DNA from: a virus
Lineage: Duplodnaviria; Heunggongvirae; Uroviricota; Caudoviricetes
Reading direction: 5' to 3' (one strand)
DNA length: 64,000 nucleotides
Virus record (IMG/VR): IMGVR_UViG_3300037483_001818
Shown: piece after piece, positions 19,833 through 30,390 of the stretch
How the letters are laid out: each line of letters begins with the position of its first letter
How positions within the stretch are numbered: the first letter of the stretch is position 1
Notes under the pieces: model-generated
What the model was told of the DNA's origin: nothing
What the model saw: the letters and a program-made list of their open reading frames with translations, nothing else
Databases searched by the model: none
Position numbers and translations under genes: made by a program

Positions 19833-20075
19833 GTGGCGATCCGGCGCAAACGGCGCACGTACGACGGCGCTCCTCCGACTCGACGGGTGATGTCGATCGT
19901 GTCCCTGATGATCTCCCATAGTCAGCGTGTCGAGATGACCTCGGGGCGGGTCGAGGTGAGCACCACCATCGCGTTCCGCATCGCGAAGCTCCTGGAGGTC
20001 TCGCTACACGACGTGCTCCAGGGCCTCGCGATAGCCAAGCCGACGTGCCCGCACTGCGGGAAGGTAATTGCCTAG
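19833..20075 (+). CDS. Xre-like HTH protein with C-terminal CPHCG (possibly degenerate)
   Basis: EMTSGRVEVSTTIAFRIAKLLEVSLHDVLQG resembles the last helices of Xre HTH domains. Confidence 0.5.
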   Translation: MAIRRKRRTYDGAPPTRRVMSIVSLMISHSQRVEMTSGRVEVSTTIAFRIAKLLEVSLHDVLQGLAIAKPTCPHCGKVIA

Positions 20076-20090
20076 CGGTCACGGCTGTCA

Positions 20091-20130
20091 GGTAACAAAA
20101 TGGACGAAAATCCAGTTGTTTTGTTACCGT
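20091..20130 (+). promoter_or_regulatory. Leaderless promoter inside a perfect 10 bp inverted repeat
   Basis: GGTAACAAAA TGGACGAAAATCCAGTTG TTTTGTTACC; TACCGT lies 6 nt before ATG 20137. Confidence 0.75.
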
Positions 20131-20136
20131 CCCTGC

Positions 20137-20388
20137 ATGACGAAGAAGACACCCGAACAACTTGACCGTGAAATCGCCGAAGCCTTGTACGGTGGAGGCC
20201 CCCGCGCTCCGCGCTCCGCGCCCGTGGCAAGGGATCGGTTTGATCGCGAATGGCTACGACAGGAAGCGCGTGACAAGGTGGACGCCTTCGGAAGCATGCA
20301 ATACCGGCGAGAGAAGAGTGATTGGATCTCCGCTGGGCGTCCAAAGGCACTTGAAGACTTCATTCCGGGAAGTGGTGGCGACGACTGA
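20137..20388 (+). CDS. Small protein with N-terminal KKTPEQLDREIAEAL motif
   Basis: MTKKTPEQLDREIAEALYGGG. Confidence 0.8.
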   Translation: MTKKTPEQLDREIAEALYGGGPRAPRSAPVARDRFDREWLRQEARDKVDAFGSMQYRREKSDWISAGRPKALEDFIPGSGGDD

Positions 20389-20708
20389 AATGCCGAAGAC
20401 CGTAGGGAGCTGCTCCTGCCATTGCCACCTGGCAGCGCGCGCCTTACGAACGTCGGATGCGCCCGCGCAATCCCAATCGCATGCCACCCGTGGGCACAAA
20501 GCACGTCGTAACCATCCAGGCCGTCGCTCGCATGCTGGGATGGTCTACACAGCGCATTCAAGACGTGATCCCGTGGCTCCGAAACCACAGTGCGAGTCAA
20601 TCGGTGTTGCGGTGCCCGCGTCCGCGTCTCGCGCTCTTCAGCTCACGCGCGAGCTTCGCCATCTCGGTCCGCACCCAGGCGCGCAGCTGCGCTAAGCTCT
20701 GACTTACG

Positions 20709-20987
20709 ATGAAACACGCCTTTTACGTGGTGGTGACTGCGTACGACAAGCGAACAAGGGCAGTCGTAGAATCGCAGCTACCCGCAAGCGGGCCGGTGAG
20801 TACCTTTGCACTTGCCCAGCGCATCTGCGCCACGGAGCATGCGCACTGCATCGCAGGCGATGAGCGCTGCGGAGGGAGTGCGTTCGAGCATCGGTACGAA
20901 GTAATCGAGCGTCCCCTAGAGGCGAAGGCGTACTCGGACGACGTTTATACCGAGGCGTGGTTCGAGCAGAGAATGCTCGAACCGTGA
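20709..20987 (+). CDS. Hypothetical protein
   Basis: 92 aa ORF with protein-like composition. Confidence 0.55.
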   Translation: MKHAFYVVVTAYDKRTRAVVESQLPASGPVSTFALAQRICATEHAHCIAGDERCGGSAFEHRYEVIERPLEAKAYSDDVYTEAWFEQRMLEP

Positions 20988-21013
20988 GTGGTTACGGCGC
21001 TAGGACTTAGCTT

Positions 21014-21061
21014 GGTTCTACTTCTGTCGAGTTTTGAGGAAACACGGTTCGATTTCCGTCG
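21014..21061 (+). repeat. Intergenic repeat, near copy of 7175-7221
   Basis: GGTTCTACTTCTGTCGAGTTTTGAGGAAACACGGTTCGATTTCCGTCG. Confidence 0.75.
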
Positions 21062-21431
21062 AAATTCGTTCTAATGCAAGTCGGCACGTCGGCGCAGCTC
21101 GCGCGCTCCGTGAATCGCGACGCGTGATCACCGACGGTCACGAATGATCTCGGTGGCGACGGTAGCGCCCAGGGAGCGAGGGCGCGGTAACCTCAACGTA
21201 TGAGCAAGCTCTAACCCGGCGATCAGGTTACGATCAAGCACGCGGATCGCAGCATCACGGGTGCCGTGCGCCGCGTGGGGTGCAGCGATCCCGAGTGCCC
21301 GTCGTGCGAGGGTCATTGGCGGGAAGAGCCCGCGTCCGATCCTGCGCCTGTGTCTCCGCGCCGCCCGAACTAGCCCGGAAACGCGTTGTACTTCGAAATT
21401 CCGTAGGACTTCGTCCCAAGGTCTTCACGGA

Positions 21432-22115
21432 TCACGGAAGACGACGAAGGCGAAGTTGAACGGTGGGATAGTCCTGACGCGCTCTCAGCGCCGCGTCGTC
21501 CCCATAGTGGCAGGCGATCTGTTCCGGCAGAAGGGCTTCGCCGTACGCGGCCTCGTACTTCTGCACGATGCCGCCGCAGTCGTAGACTACGAGACGCCAG
21601 GCTTCGCCGTAGAGCAAACCAAGAGAGTGGGCATACGTGTAGCGCCCCACGTCGGAGAGCGGCAGCCACACGAACCCTGGACCTGGACCGGCATCGACGC
21701 GCACGAGATCAAGGCACAAAAAGTCGACAAGTGCTTTCTCGTCGCGCCGGGGGAGGAAGGCCCCCGTGTACGCATACGTTGGCCGCGGAGGCACCGGTCG
21801 ATCTCGATCGAGCCAGTACCCAGACAGCTGGCCTTCGATCACGTCGCGCGGCGGACTCAAGGGCTGGACGGCTCGGAGTAGCTTACGCGCGCGTCCCTGC
21901 ATGAGACTCACAACCGACAAATCTTCGTCGAGCTCTGGCCAGTGCAGTCCGATTCCTCGGCCCACAAGGCTCACGTTCTTGCGCTGGGCCGCGTCTGCTT
22001 TCAGTAGTCGAGGGAACCACACCAACGGGACGTGAAGCACGCGACCATCGTCCAGGTCGACGACCAAGGCGTCTTCGGTCACCTGTACAGCCACAGCTCT
22101 CAAAAGATCATGCAT
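21432..22115 (-). CDS. DUF2442 (antitoxin-like) domain fused to an unknown C-terminal domain
   Basis: LVVDLDDGRVLHVPLVWFPRLLKA...GIGLHWPELDEDLSV. Confidence 0.8.
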   Translation of the reverse strand: MHDLLRAVAVQVTEDALVVDLDDGRVLHVPLVWFPRLLKADAAQRKNVSLVGRGIGLHWPELDEDLSVVSLMQGRARKLLRAVQPLSPPRDVIEGQLSGYWLDRDRPVPPRPTYAYTGAFLPRRDEKALVDFLCLDLVRVDAGPGPGFVWLPLSDVGRYTYAHSLGLLYGEAWRLVVYDCGGIVQKYEAAYGEALLPEQIACHYGDDAALRARQDYPTVQLRLRRLP

Positions 22116-22120
22116 GGAGC

Positions 22121-22642
22121 CTACTTCAGAGCGCGCCCACACCGACGGCAAATGCGGGCGTGGGCGAGGCCGCGATGGTAGCGCTCTTCTTCCGCTGCGA
22201 CGTTCGTCTCGTAGACGTAATCGGGAAGCCTGAAAGCCTGCTGCGCCTCTCGAGCGGGACTCGTGTCGTTCAGTGCGTCGAGGTCGATCCGGTCGAGACA
22301 GTACGGCTTACCCTCCGGCATCGCCGCCCAAACAGCTTGCGCGATCGTCCTGGCGCCCCGCTTGCCTTGCAGATTGTACTTGTGGTTGATGGCGTCGAAT
22401 TCGGACGGAGACACCGCGTAGTCCACGCCGCCGTAATTCTGGACGACCTCGTAGTTGGTATCGAGGAAAGCCTTGAGCGCCTTGGTCTTGGTGTCGTAGC
22501 AGACGTGATCCTCTTCGGGCGTCGCCTTTCGCCACCAGTTCGCGAGTTGGGTGCTGTGCGAAAGGTTTTTGCGGGGCACGCCGGACGCGAGTGCCGCGGC
22601 GATCTCGCGGTCGAGCTGGACCGCGGTCTTCTTCTTCGCCAT
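22121..22642 (-). CDS. Hypothetical protein with N-terminal KKTAVQLDREIAAAL motif
   Basis: MAKKKTAVQLDREIAAALASG...LSHSTQ; TGATAGGAT 6 nt before the ATG. Confidence 0.8.
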   Translation of the reverse strand: MAKKKTAVQLDREIAAALASGVPRKNLSHSTQLANWWRKATPEEDHVCYDTKTKALKAFLDTNYEVVQNYGGVDYAVSPSEFDAINHKYNLQGKRGARTIAQAVWAAMPEGKPYCLDRIDLDALNDTSPAREAQQAFRLPDYVYETNVAAEEERYHRGLAHARICRRCGRALK

Positions 22643-22725
22643 GCAGTGATCCTATCAGCTCGACGGCAGCGCGGAGCTCCGCGAGAGGATTGAGGGGTCG
22701 CCCGATGCGGGGCGGCAGCTACGGG

Positions 22726-23391
22726 CTACGGCCACCAGCGGCTCTCTCGTTCCTTCGTTCGTTGGGCGCGCTCAGCTCGAAGCTCATTGGCAAACCTCTT
22801 CACAAAGACCGCGTTGAATTCCCGTAGCCGCGCGAAGGCTTTATCAACGCGCGTCTTTGCAGCTCGATATTCCGCCGTCGCCCGCACGGCATCTGGAGTG
22901 AGCCCCATCGGGCCGCTCGGGAAAGTCTTGATGACTTTGGTGGCCGCTTCCAGTTCGTTCTCGAGCGCGGCTGCTTCGGCCTTCGCGTCCTCGAAGGGAC
23001 TTGACGATCCCGATCCCGCGAGCGCCGCGTCGATTTCGCGTTGAAGCTGGGCCGGCGATTTCTTCTTCGTCGCGTGATGACGGGCCTTCCGCGTCGAGTG
23101 GTGCGCCTTGGACTTCTTCACGCCAGCCTTTCCGTGAAGACGAACGGCGGCCGACACACCACTGATCCCTGGCTCGACGGGCCCGAGATTGAACGCGATG
23201 GCACCGTCGCGCTGTTGAGCAAAGAGCTGCCCCTTCTCGACCCAGCTCGCGCCCGTCGTCGGCAGATGAAGCCATACCGAGTCGACTTGATCTTGGGTAA
23301 GCGGCGCATCGCCATCCACATGAAAGCTGCCGGTTCCGAAGTCCATGTAGGTCGTGCCCATCGCGAGGGATTCTACCGTCTCACGGGACAC
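22726..23391 (-). CDS. Two-module protein with internal KKSPAQLQREIDAAL motif
   Basis: KAHHSTRKARHHATKKKSPAQLQREIDAAL linker (motif 23020-23064). Confidence 0.8.
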   Translation of the reverse strand: MSRETVESLAMGTTYMDFGTGSFHVDGDAPLTQDQVDSVWLHLPTTGASWVEKGQLFAQQRDGAIAFNLGPVEPGISGVSAAVRLHGKAGVKKSKAHHSTRKARHHATKKKSPAQLQREIDAALAGSGSSSPFEDAKAEAAALENELEAATKVIKTFPSGPMGLTPDAVRATAEYRAAKTRVDKAFARLREFNAVFVKRFANELRAERAQRTKERESRWWP

Positions 23392-23634
23392 AATGGCAGT
23401 TTCACGCGTGTTCTGTCCCTACTACGCTACGAGTTTGAGAACTGCATCGCACGGCCGATCCTCATCGACGTGACGCCGGTCTTCTACTTTCAAGAACGCT
23501 GAGCGCAGGGAAGTGGAAGCTCGCCGTCAAGGTACATTGCGGTCATGCGTGTGGCCACAACTGGGGGTACTGATTTGGGAGCGCATGCGGAGGGATAATT
23601 TCCCAAGCACGTGCGTGTCAGGCACGACGTTCGA

Positions 23635-24387
23635 TCAGTATCGCGCCAGAGCTTCGCCACGCTTTAGCTGACCAAGCTCGCTCGGACTCAGCTTGCGACA
23701 ACGATGACCTGACCCACGACGTTGGATTCCGTGCTTCGTGCAGTACACGAAACCTTTCTCATCGAGGTGCGTGACAGGTTCCTCGCACGTTTTGGACATG
23801 TCGCACTTCAGGACACGGCCTTCAGCCGTTGTCACCGTCGCATGCGATCGCTTCGCGCGCGCTCGTTTGGGCTGCATCTTCGGCGAGTGCGGCCCGGCAC
23901 CAGCGCCACCAGCATGTTTGGTGATCTCTGTCCGAGCACGCTGCCGCGATGAAAACGTGCCGAGATCAACCTCATTGCTAGGCCCCCAGGGCTTGTAGTC
24001 GACGCGATGTCCGGTCGGCACCGTAACGATCCAGTAGGCGCCGTCCCCGGTCCGAACGTCGGCAGTGCCGAGATCATGGGTACCGATGACAGCTGGCCAC
24101 GCACTTCTCTTGCGAGCGTGCGCCGGTTTACGTGTTGCCGCCTCGACGGTTCGCTCGCCTGAGGCGGCACCCATTCGTGCCTGCGTCTTCTTCTCCCAGA
24201 ACGGCTCGTACGCGAATGACACATCAAGCCACCGCTTACCGTCGATGTTGCTCGTGAACGTCTGGAACTTGTACCCGTACTTTTTGACCGTCTCTCGCGC
24301 CGCGGGCGTGTCAAGGACGTAGAGGTCCGACTCGTGGTGGTCGGTCGGGATCCCAGCTCGGACCAGGTCCTTGTAGAGGCTCGCCAT
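23635..24387 (-). CDS. Three-module hypothetical protein with basic His-containing linkers
   Basis: Modules separated by RKPAHARKRS and RAKRSHATV; C-terminal Cys/His module. Confidence 0.75.
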   Translation of the reverse strand: MASLYKDLVRAGIPTDHHESDLYVLDTPAARETVKKYGYKFQTFTSNIDGKRWLDVSFAYEPFWEKKTQARMGAASGERTVEAATRKPAHARKRSAWPAVIGTHDLGTADVRTGDGAYWIVTVPTGHRVDYKPWGPSNEVDLGTFSSRQRARTEITKHAGGAGAGPHSPKMQPKRARAKRSHATVTTAEGRVLKCDMSKTCEEPVTHLDEKGFVYCTKHGIQRRGSGHRCRKLSPSELGQLKRGEALARY

Positions 24388-24393
24388 GCGGCG

Positions 24394-24433
24394 ATGGTAA
24401 CAAAACAACTGGAATTTCGTCCATTTTGTTGCC
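24394..24433 (-). promoter_or_regulatory. Leaderless promoter inside an inverted-repeat operator
   Basis: Minus strand GGCAACAAAATGGACGAAATTCCAGTTGTTTTGTTACCAT, then 6 nt to ATG 24387. Confidence 0.75.
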
Positions 24434-24708
24434 GTCGAAGCGGCCTCGCATGGTGGACGGTGGACGACGACCTTTCGCTGTTCGCACGGCACCACGTGTC
24501 CCGTCCGTCAGATCCCTTGTCCGTGACACGCGCGAGGCGGATCCTCTGCCGATGAAGTGCTCGAACTGCAAGGTCACGAAGCCGGCAACGCACTCACGCG
24601 CGGGAACGCGGCTCCCTGATCCCCAGTGGTACATCAACACCGCAGGCATCATCGTGTGCTCGCCGTACTGCGCCGGTTTCATCGGCGGCCAGGATTGGAA
24701 GCCCGTCG

Positions 24709-24939
24709 TCACTCATTGACAGCCTTCTTTCCCGCCGCCGTACGGCGGTACGCCCAGGCGCTACGCGTGTGGCCGCCCCGCAGCTGTCGTTCGGCAAGTC
24801 CTTTGCGAACCAGTTGCGCGAGGGTCGCGCTGTGATGCGAACCGTCGGTGCCGCCGAGCATCCTCGGGGTGCACCAGTAGTCGTCGGCCAGCTGGTGATA
24901 CAGCAAATCACGCTGCCTCTGTGTCAACCGGATGGCCAT
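24709..24939 (-). CDS. Small winged-helix protein
   Basis: LTQRQRDLL...SATLAQLVRKGLAER...YRRTAAG. Confidence 0.6.
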   Translation of the reverse strand: MAIRLTQRQRDLLYHQLADDYWCTPRMLGGTDGSHHSATLAQLVRKGLAERQLRGGHTRSAWAYRRTAAGKKAVNE

Positions 24940-24947
24940 GACGGGTG

Positions 24948-25373
24948 TCAGACCGCCACGGTCTCGACGATGCGCACGACCCGCCACCGGAACTTCGCTG
25001 CCCAGCGATCGGCCGCGAGGTTCGGCTTGGGATCGCGGTGGTACTTCGAGAGCACGATCGTCCGATGCAGGGTGTTGTTGTCGAACAGGTCCTCGATCGC
25101 CTTCGCGCCCGTCTCGTCCGCGGGCCATGCACAGGTGTAGCGCAGCATGTCGATCGGGAACGGGCCCTTCCCTTCCACCACGAAATCGGTGCGGTAGAGG
25201 GTGCCGAGGTAACCCGTCTTTTCGGCCGCGCGCAGGTGCTCGGTGATCGCGCCGATGGCCTCCACATAGCTGTCGATGTCCTTCCAGTCGCGCCGGAACC
25301 TCTCCAGCACCGCGTAGATGTCGATGCTGTCACCTTCCTCGTTGCACGTCGAACCAGTCTTCATCTTCGCCAT
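24948..25373 (-). CDS. Hypothetical protein
   Basis: FVVEGKGPFPIDMLRY segment; operonic. Confidence 0.65.
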   Translation of the reverse strand: MAKMKTGSTCNEEGDSIDIYAVLERFRRDWKDIDSYVEAIGAITEHLRAAEKTGYLGTLYRTDFVVEGKGPFPIDMLRYTCAWPADETGAKAIEDLFDNNTLHRTIVLSKYHRDPKPNLAADRWAAKFRWRVVRIVETVAV

Positions 25374-26338
25374 CAGGGTTTCCCTCGAAAGATCAGCGTG
25401 TCGTTCGCGAGTCCCGGATGATCGTAATCACGCTCCACGGTGTAGCGCGGCGCAAACCAACGCTTGGAGCGGTAGTCCTGCACGTACTTCCATCGGATCC
25501 CGGATCTGCCCTCACCCACGCGAAAGCGCTGGAGATGTCCCTTGACCATGGTGTCACCGAGAACGCGCTTGGACGGATCGATAGGGTCCTGCACTTCGGC
25601 TCGCAGTAACGGCGGCGCCTGTCCACGCGCACTGAGATCGCGCAATCGTACCTGTCGCGTCTTCGTCTTCTTGTCGAACTCGAAGCGCAGGGGACCATCG
25701 TCGATCTGTTCGAGCAGTCCAAAGATCACGAGAAAGCGCGCGGCTGCCTTCGCGTATCGTTGGTGCTCGAAGACGTCGACGCTCTCAAGCAAATCCGCTC
25801 CCCAATCTGGAGGGGGCATCTGTTCGTCGAGATCTTCGCCGGTCCACACGGGCTGCCAACGCGCGATGAAATGGCGCTCTGGCCAGCATTGGCCAATGAG
25901 GACTATCGCAGGAAGCAGCTGTGGTGGCGTACGCTCAGCACCGGCCGCCTCGTACCAAGCAAGCGACACGACATCATCCCAGAGGCGCTCGCCAGTCTCC
26001 GGCCGACGCGCCTCGATGATGCCGGGCGCACGTAAGAGCGGCGGGGGCTCTGATGGAATCGAACACAGATCGGTTTCCTCCACGACGCGACTTGCAGAGG
26101 GCCTTGTCATGTACGTTGCAGGCTGCCCGGCCGACTTGATTGCCAACACGCCGATCTTGGGGGCGAAGAGTGGATCCTCGTCGACAAGCTCCGTGCCGTA
26201 GTGAGCTGCGACGAGGGCTGCGCCTCGCAGGCCGATTGGGACATTTGACATCGGCGGAGCGCGCTCGACCATCTTTCGTAGCGGAGCGATCAGCTTCGTG
26301 ATCGGCACAAACACGGTATCGGTGTCGGTGATGCTCAC
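25373..26338 (-). CDS. Hypothetical phage-type protein with C-terminal VKGHxxR motif
   Basis: MVKGHLQRFRVGEGRSGIRWKYV resembles the C-terminus of 41004..41618. Confidence 0.7.
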   Translation of the reverse strand: MSITDTDTVFVPITKLIAPLRKMVERAPPMSNVPIGLRGAALVAAHYGTELVDEDPLFAPKIGVLAIKSAGQPATYMTRPSASRVVEETDLCSIPSEPPPLLRAPGIIEARRPETGERLWDDVVSLAWYEAAGAERTPPQLLPAIVLIGQCWPERHFIARWQPVWTGEDLDEQMPPPDWGADLLESVDVFEHQRYAKAAARFLVIFGLLEQIDDGPLRFEFDKKTKTRQVRLRDLSARGQAPPLLRAEVQDPIDPSKRVLGDTMVKGHLQRFRVGEGRSGIRWKYVQDYRSKRWFAPRYTVERDYDHPGLANDTLIFRGKP

Positions 26339-27024
26339 GGCTCGTCTCCTTCTCCATGCTTCTTGTCACCGCTCGGCAGAAGCGACAGCAGCCGGCCCTC
26401 GGCGATCGATTGCAGCCCCGCCGCGCACACGACCCCGGTGACGAAGGCGTCGACCTCGGCCTTGGCCGCGGTGGTGATACGCGACGTCGCTTCCTGAAAC
26501 TGCTTGACCACGAACGGCACGTTCGAGGTGAGCTGATCTTCGATCACGTCGAGCGCGATCCGGATCTCATCCTTCGCCTTCGCGCCGAGCTTGCTCGTGA
26601 GTTCCTCGATCTTCTTGCGATACGTGCGCGCCTTCGTCTTGTACTTGTCGAGCGAGCCCGCGAAGTTCTCGCGAATGTGCTCGGCTTCGGTCGCGTGATC
26701 GGGCGGATCGGGGATGCGCTCTTTGCCGATGTGGCGAATCGTGCACGGGGTGCTGCTGCCCATGTTGAGACTCGTGATCATGTCGGCGAACTGCGCGGCA
26801 GACATCTCGACCTCGATGTGCTCGCCACGGAGGCTGCCGTGGTAGCGGTCGTGGTGCAGGCCGTGGATCCACTTCGCGGTACCGATCGACAGACGGATCG
26901 TACCGTAGTGGTTGGCGAGCGGAGAGCCGAACAGGCGCGTGGCACCGGAACCGCCGGTGATCCGCGAGATGCTCACCAGGCCGTAGCTCGGGTGCTCGCG
27001 CTCGAATTCGTCGTCTGGAAGCAT
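26335..27024 (-). CDS. Hypothetical phage-type protein
   Basis: HPSYG...RLFGS...IEVEMSAAQFADMITSLNMG..TPCTI; strong codon bias. Confidence 0.75.
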   Translation of the reverse strand: MLPDDEFEREHPSYGLVSISRITGGSGATRLFGSPLANHYGTIRLSIGTAKWIHGLHHDRYHGSLRGEHIEVEMSAAQFADMITSLNMGSSTPCTIRHIGKERIPDPPDHATEAEHIRENFAGSLDKYKTKARTYRKKIEELTSKLGAKAKDEIRIALDVIEDQLTSNVPFVVKQFQEATSRITTAAKAEVDAFVTGVVCAAGLQSIAEGRLLSLLPSGDKKHGEGDEP

Positions 27025-28628
27025 GATCGTTCTCCTATCGGTAGGACTGCCACTGGTACGCGGCTTCGAGCTGCGCGGCGCGCTGAATGCGCTGCTTGTA
27101 GAACTCGTGGATGACGAGTGCAACTACGCGCGCCCTGAGCTGGTCGAGCGCGGGCACGTCCCACTGCGAACGAGGACCCGTACCACGGACGTCGTAGAAC
27201 AGTCCCTGAAGCAGGGCCGTAGTACGGCACGTGAGGCGCTGCTTGTCCGTGTCGTCGGTCTTGCCGGCGTACCACCAGATGACCTCGGCGTCGCCGCGGA
27301 AGTCTTCGGGGACCCAGACCGTCAGGGAGGAGAGCCCGATCGATTCGGGAAACGGATCGGGGATGACGTGACGCTTGGGGCCGTTGTTGATCATGTGGAC
27401 GCCTCCAGCACTGCAAGCTGCCGCTCCTCGTGCTCCAGCTCAGGCGCGATGTTCCAGCCAGCTTCGAGCGCCTCGCGCAACCGCAGGACGTTCTCGCGGG
27501 TGTCGCGAAGCTGCCGGCGACGGCCCGCGGAGCGGCCCACGTAGCGCGGCGGGGGAGCGGGGCGGAGGTCGTAGATCGAGGTCGCGTCCGGGTCGGTCGG
27601 ACCATCGACGTCGAAGCGGGGCCGAACGAAGCGGAGCGTGTCGGCCGCGTCGTCCGTCGTGTCGGTGTCGAACTGCATGGCGTTGGACTTCACGGTTCGC
27701 CTTGAGTAGCAACGAGCATGTGGAGCGCCGCAAGCTGCGGCTCGGGCAGCTGCTCACGGTAATTGCGCAGCAAGTGCTGGGCTGTTCCGACGAGCAGCCG
27801 CCATTCGATCTGTGCGGCGTCTTTCGGACCTACGTGGTTGATCATGATCGTAGGACTCGGGCCCTCGTCGCTGTACAGCGTGACCTTGATCGAGGCGGTC
27901 ACGAGAGCCTCACGTCGGCGTACATGTCCGAAGCACCGTGGAGCGCCGCGGAGCGGAACTGGAGCCCGAGGTCGGTGATCGCGACGCAGCTGTTCCAGCC
28001 CTGCTCACCGCGGGTCTCGAACAGCTGGGGCCACGCAATCGGCCACACGACGCCGCCATAGCTCACCAGGCGCACGTCGACCTCGCCGTCGACCACGTAC
28101 AGCGTGAAGTGGCTCGACGGCTCCCACTCCGCATCGTACGAGCCGACGTCTTCACCGAGCGAGTTCATCTTGCGACGCCAGCTCGGATCGACCTCACCGC
28201 CAGTGATCGTCCACTGCTCGCTACGGTACTGGCGACCGTCGTCGCCTTTCCACGCGCGCGTGTTGCCGAGCGTCATCCGAATGCCTGTGTTCGTTCCCTT
28301 CATGGCGTCACCAGTCCTTGTCCCCACGAGAAGTGCAAGAGGAGCCCTTCGCTCCAGCGCCGCTCGATGTCGGCCTTGAGGAAGTTGCCGGCCGACTCGT
28401 GGACGGAAGCGTCGTTTGCGAGGATGTGCGCGGGCGGCAGCTCGCCGGTTTCCGCGCATTCCAGGAGCTGCTTGTAGCAGACGTACACCGGGCCGAACGG
28501 TTCGTCCCGATCGAGGCTTGCGAACGGCAGCGTGAGCAGCGATCGAGCGATCGCCTCGCGCACAAAGCACTCGTGCTGGTTGCGTTGGCCGCTGAGATCC
28601 ATGCGCAAAGCCGCGCGCTTGCCGCGGC

Positions 28629-28796
28629 TCACGAGCGTCCCTCCGGCATGTGTGCGTGCTGGACGACGTGGATGCGGCCCCACTGCATGAAGGCTGCGCA
28701 CCAGCCGATCGTGAACGCCTTGCGGTGCTGGCAAAGACCGTTCAGCAGGTTGGAGCGTGCGTGCCGCGTGGCAGTTTTGATCTGGGCGGGGGGCAT
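28629..28796 (-). CDS. Small protein, first gene after a sigma54-type promoter
   Basis: ATG 13 nt after the -12 GC. Confidence 0.45.
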   Translation of the reverse strand: MPPAQIKTATRHARSNLLNGLCQHRKAFTIGWCAAFMQWGRIHVVQHAHMPEGRS

Positions 28797-28808
28797 GCTC
28801 AGTTGTAG

Positions 28809-28909
28809 TGCGAACCGCGCGCCAGGCGGCGCTCGCGGCAAGTATGCGATTGCACTCGGCGTGGGTAGGAATTTACCCGTATCTCCACGCCCTGGGTAGC
28901 CCGATACCC
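28809..28909 (-). promoter_or_regulatory. Sigma54-type promoter with two upstream palindromes
   Basis: Minus strand CTGGCGCGCGGTTCGCA at 28809-28825; GGGTAGGAATTTACCC at 28863 and GGGTAGCCCGATACCC at 28894. Confidence 0.75.
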
Positions 28910-29066
28910 GAATACCGATCGTGTCGACCGTTGTCGCTGTCGCGTGTCGCGTTGTCGCGGTGTCGTACCTGTGCGGCGGTAGCCGCGGATCTTCCTCTTG
29001 CCTTTCTCGCCCCCGGTACCACAAAGTGATGATGGGTCCGTGGCACTGCGTGCCGAAAGGTTGGTC

Positions 29067-29624
29067 ATGAACGATCGGATACATGGAGGCGTGCGGAGTC
29101 GTGTTGCTTGCAGGAGCATTGCCCTGCTGTTTGTACTGTGCAGTGTTGGCTGCGGCAGTGGCAACGACACGCAAGACGGTGGCTCATGCCCCCAAAAGCC
29201 TGAGCTGTGCGACGGAGACGCTCCGTTCTACTTGGTCGGCTGTGATTGCCGAGAGTCTGAGACACTGGCGTATACGTGCACGTGTAGCGATGGCACGGTA
29301 ACGGGCACGGTCACTTGCGAGGATGGCTGCTACGGGCGCTGTAAACGCAATGGAACCACTTGCGCCAAGGACGACTTGACTCCTGCCCCTGTCGACGCTG
29401 GACTTCAAGTGGATGCCGATCCGACTTGTGCCGGGTACGAAGGATGGCTTGGTACTCGGTATTATTGTAAGGCCATTGGTGCTCCGTCCGGCACTGACTG
29501 CGAAATAAACCAGCTCGTGCCTGCCTCGGGGGTTTGTTCTATCACTGGCGCGAACTGTCCTTTGTGCCCTGCTCCATCAATGACCCCCATGGGCTTCACC
29601 TGCCAAAGCATTATTTGCATGTAA
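29067..29624 (+). CDS. Cys-rich putative lipoprotein
   Basis: IALLFVLCSVGC lipobox-like segment, many Cys, PVDAG linker; codon usage is less GC3-biased than its neighbours. Confidence 0.65.
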   Translation: MNDRIHGGVRSRVACRSIALLFVLCSVGCGSGNDTQDGGSCPQKPELCDGDAPFYLVGCDCRESETLAYTCTCSDGTVTGTVTCEDGCYGRCKRNGTTCAKDDLTPAPVDAGLQVDADPTCAGYEGWLGTRYYCKAIGAPSGTDCEINQLVPASGVCSITGANCPLCPAPSMTPMGFTCQSIICM

Positions 29625-30390
29625 CGGAGTGCGCGCAGTTCAGAGCCCATAACGCGGCGTTCGAGTCCCGTCGACCCTTGGCGAACCGTCAGTACGGCTC
29701 GACGGCGCGCCAGACACTGGGCAGCTTGATGCCCATCTCTCGCGCTGACTCCCACGCGGCAAGCGCGCGCTTCGACACCACCTGGCGAGGCGGCACGAGA
29801 GCGCGCCAGAGCGCGCGCATGAATGCAGCGAGCCCCGTGAGACCGCGGAGCGCGTCCTCGACGCGGGCGACAACAGCCACCGTCAAGAAAGCGATCGCGC
29901 GCGCGAGCGGCGCACTCTTGCGCGGGCGACGCGCCAGCGTGACGAATTCCTGGGGCTCGAACGTCGCGGCGATGAGCCCTTCAGACGTCGTCATCCGACC
30001 GTTGCGGCAGCGGGGGAGCGCTCGCCCACCTGCGCCGATGCGCGTGACGCCGATCTGGGCCTGCCACAGCACGCGATCTTCGGCGCCGATGCCCTGCCCG
30101 ATCGCCTCGAGTCCCACTGCCATGATCATCGCGTGCATGCCTTCCTCTAGTTCAAAGGGGATGCCGCCCCGAGCTCCGCGCTACCCCTGGTACGCGCCGC
30201 GGCACTCGTCCAGGTTCATCGTTCTGCCGATCAAGACCGAACCGTTTTTCACGAGCGGGCCAAACATCCAGAACATCCCGCGCTCGCGCTCCAACGGCGC
30301 GCCGCCGTTCCACTGGTCCTCGGGGCGCCGTCCGAGGCCGCCTCTGATCGAGCCCGATCACGAGGCCGTCCGCCACGAAGGAAACTGAGC

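Noticed and set aside
29647-29715. Integron attC-like site after the Cys-rich lipoprotein (CCATAAC-N5-GTTCGAG ... CTCGAC)
   Set aside because: The required GTTRRRY end is missing (GCCAGAC), it is a single site, and no integrase is visible.
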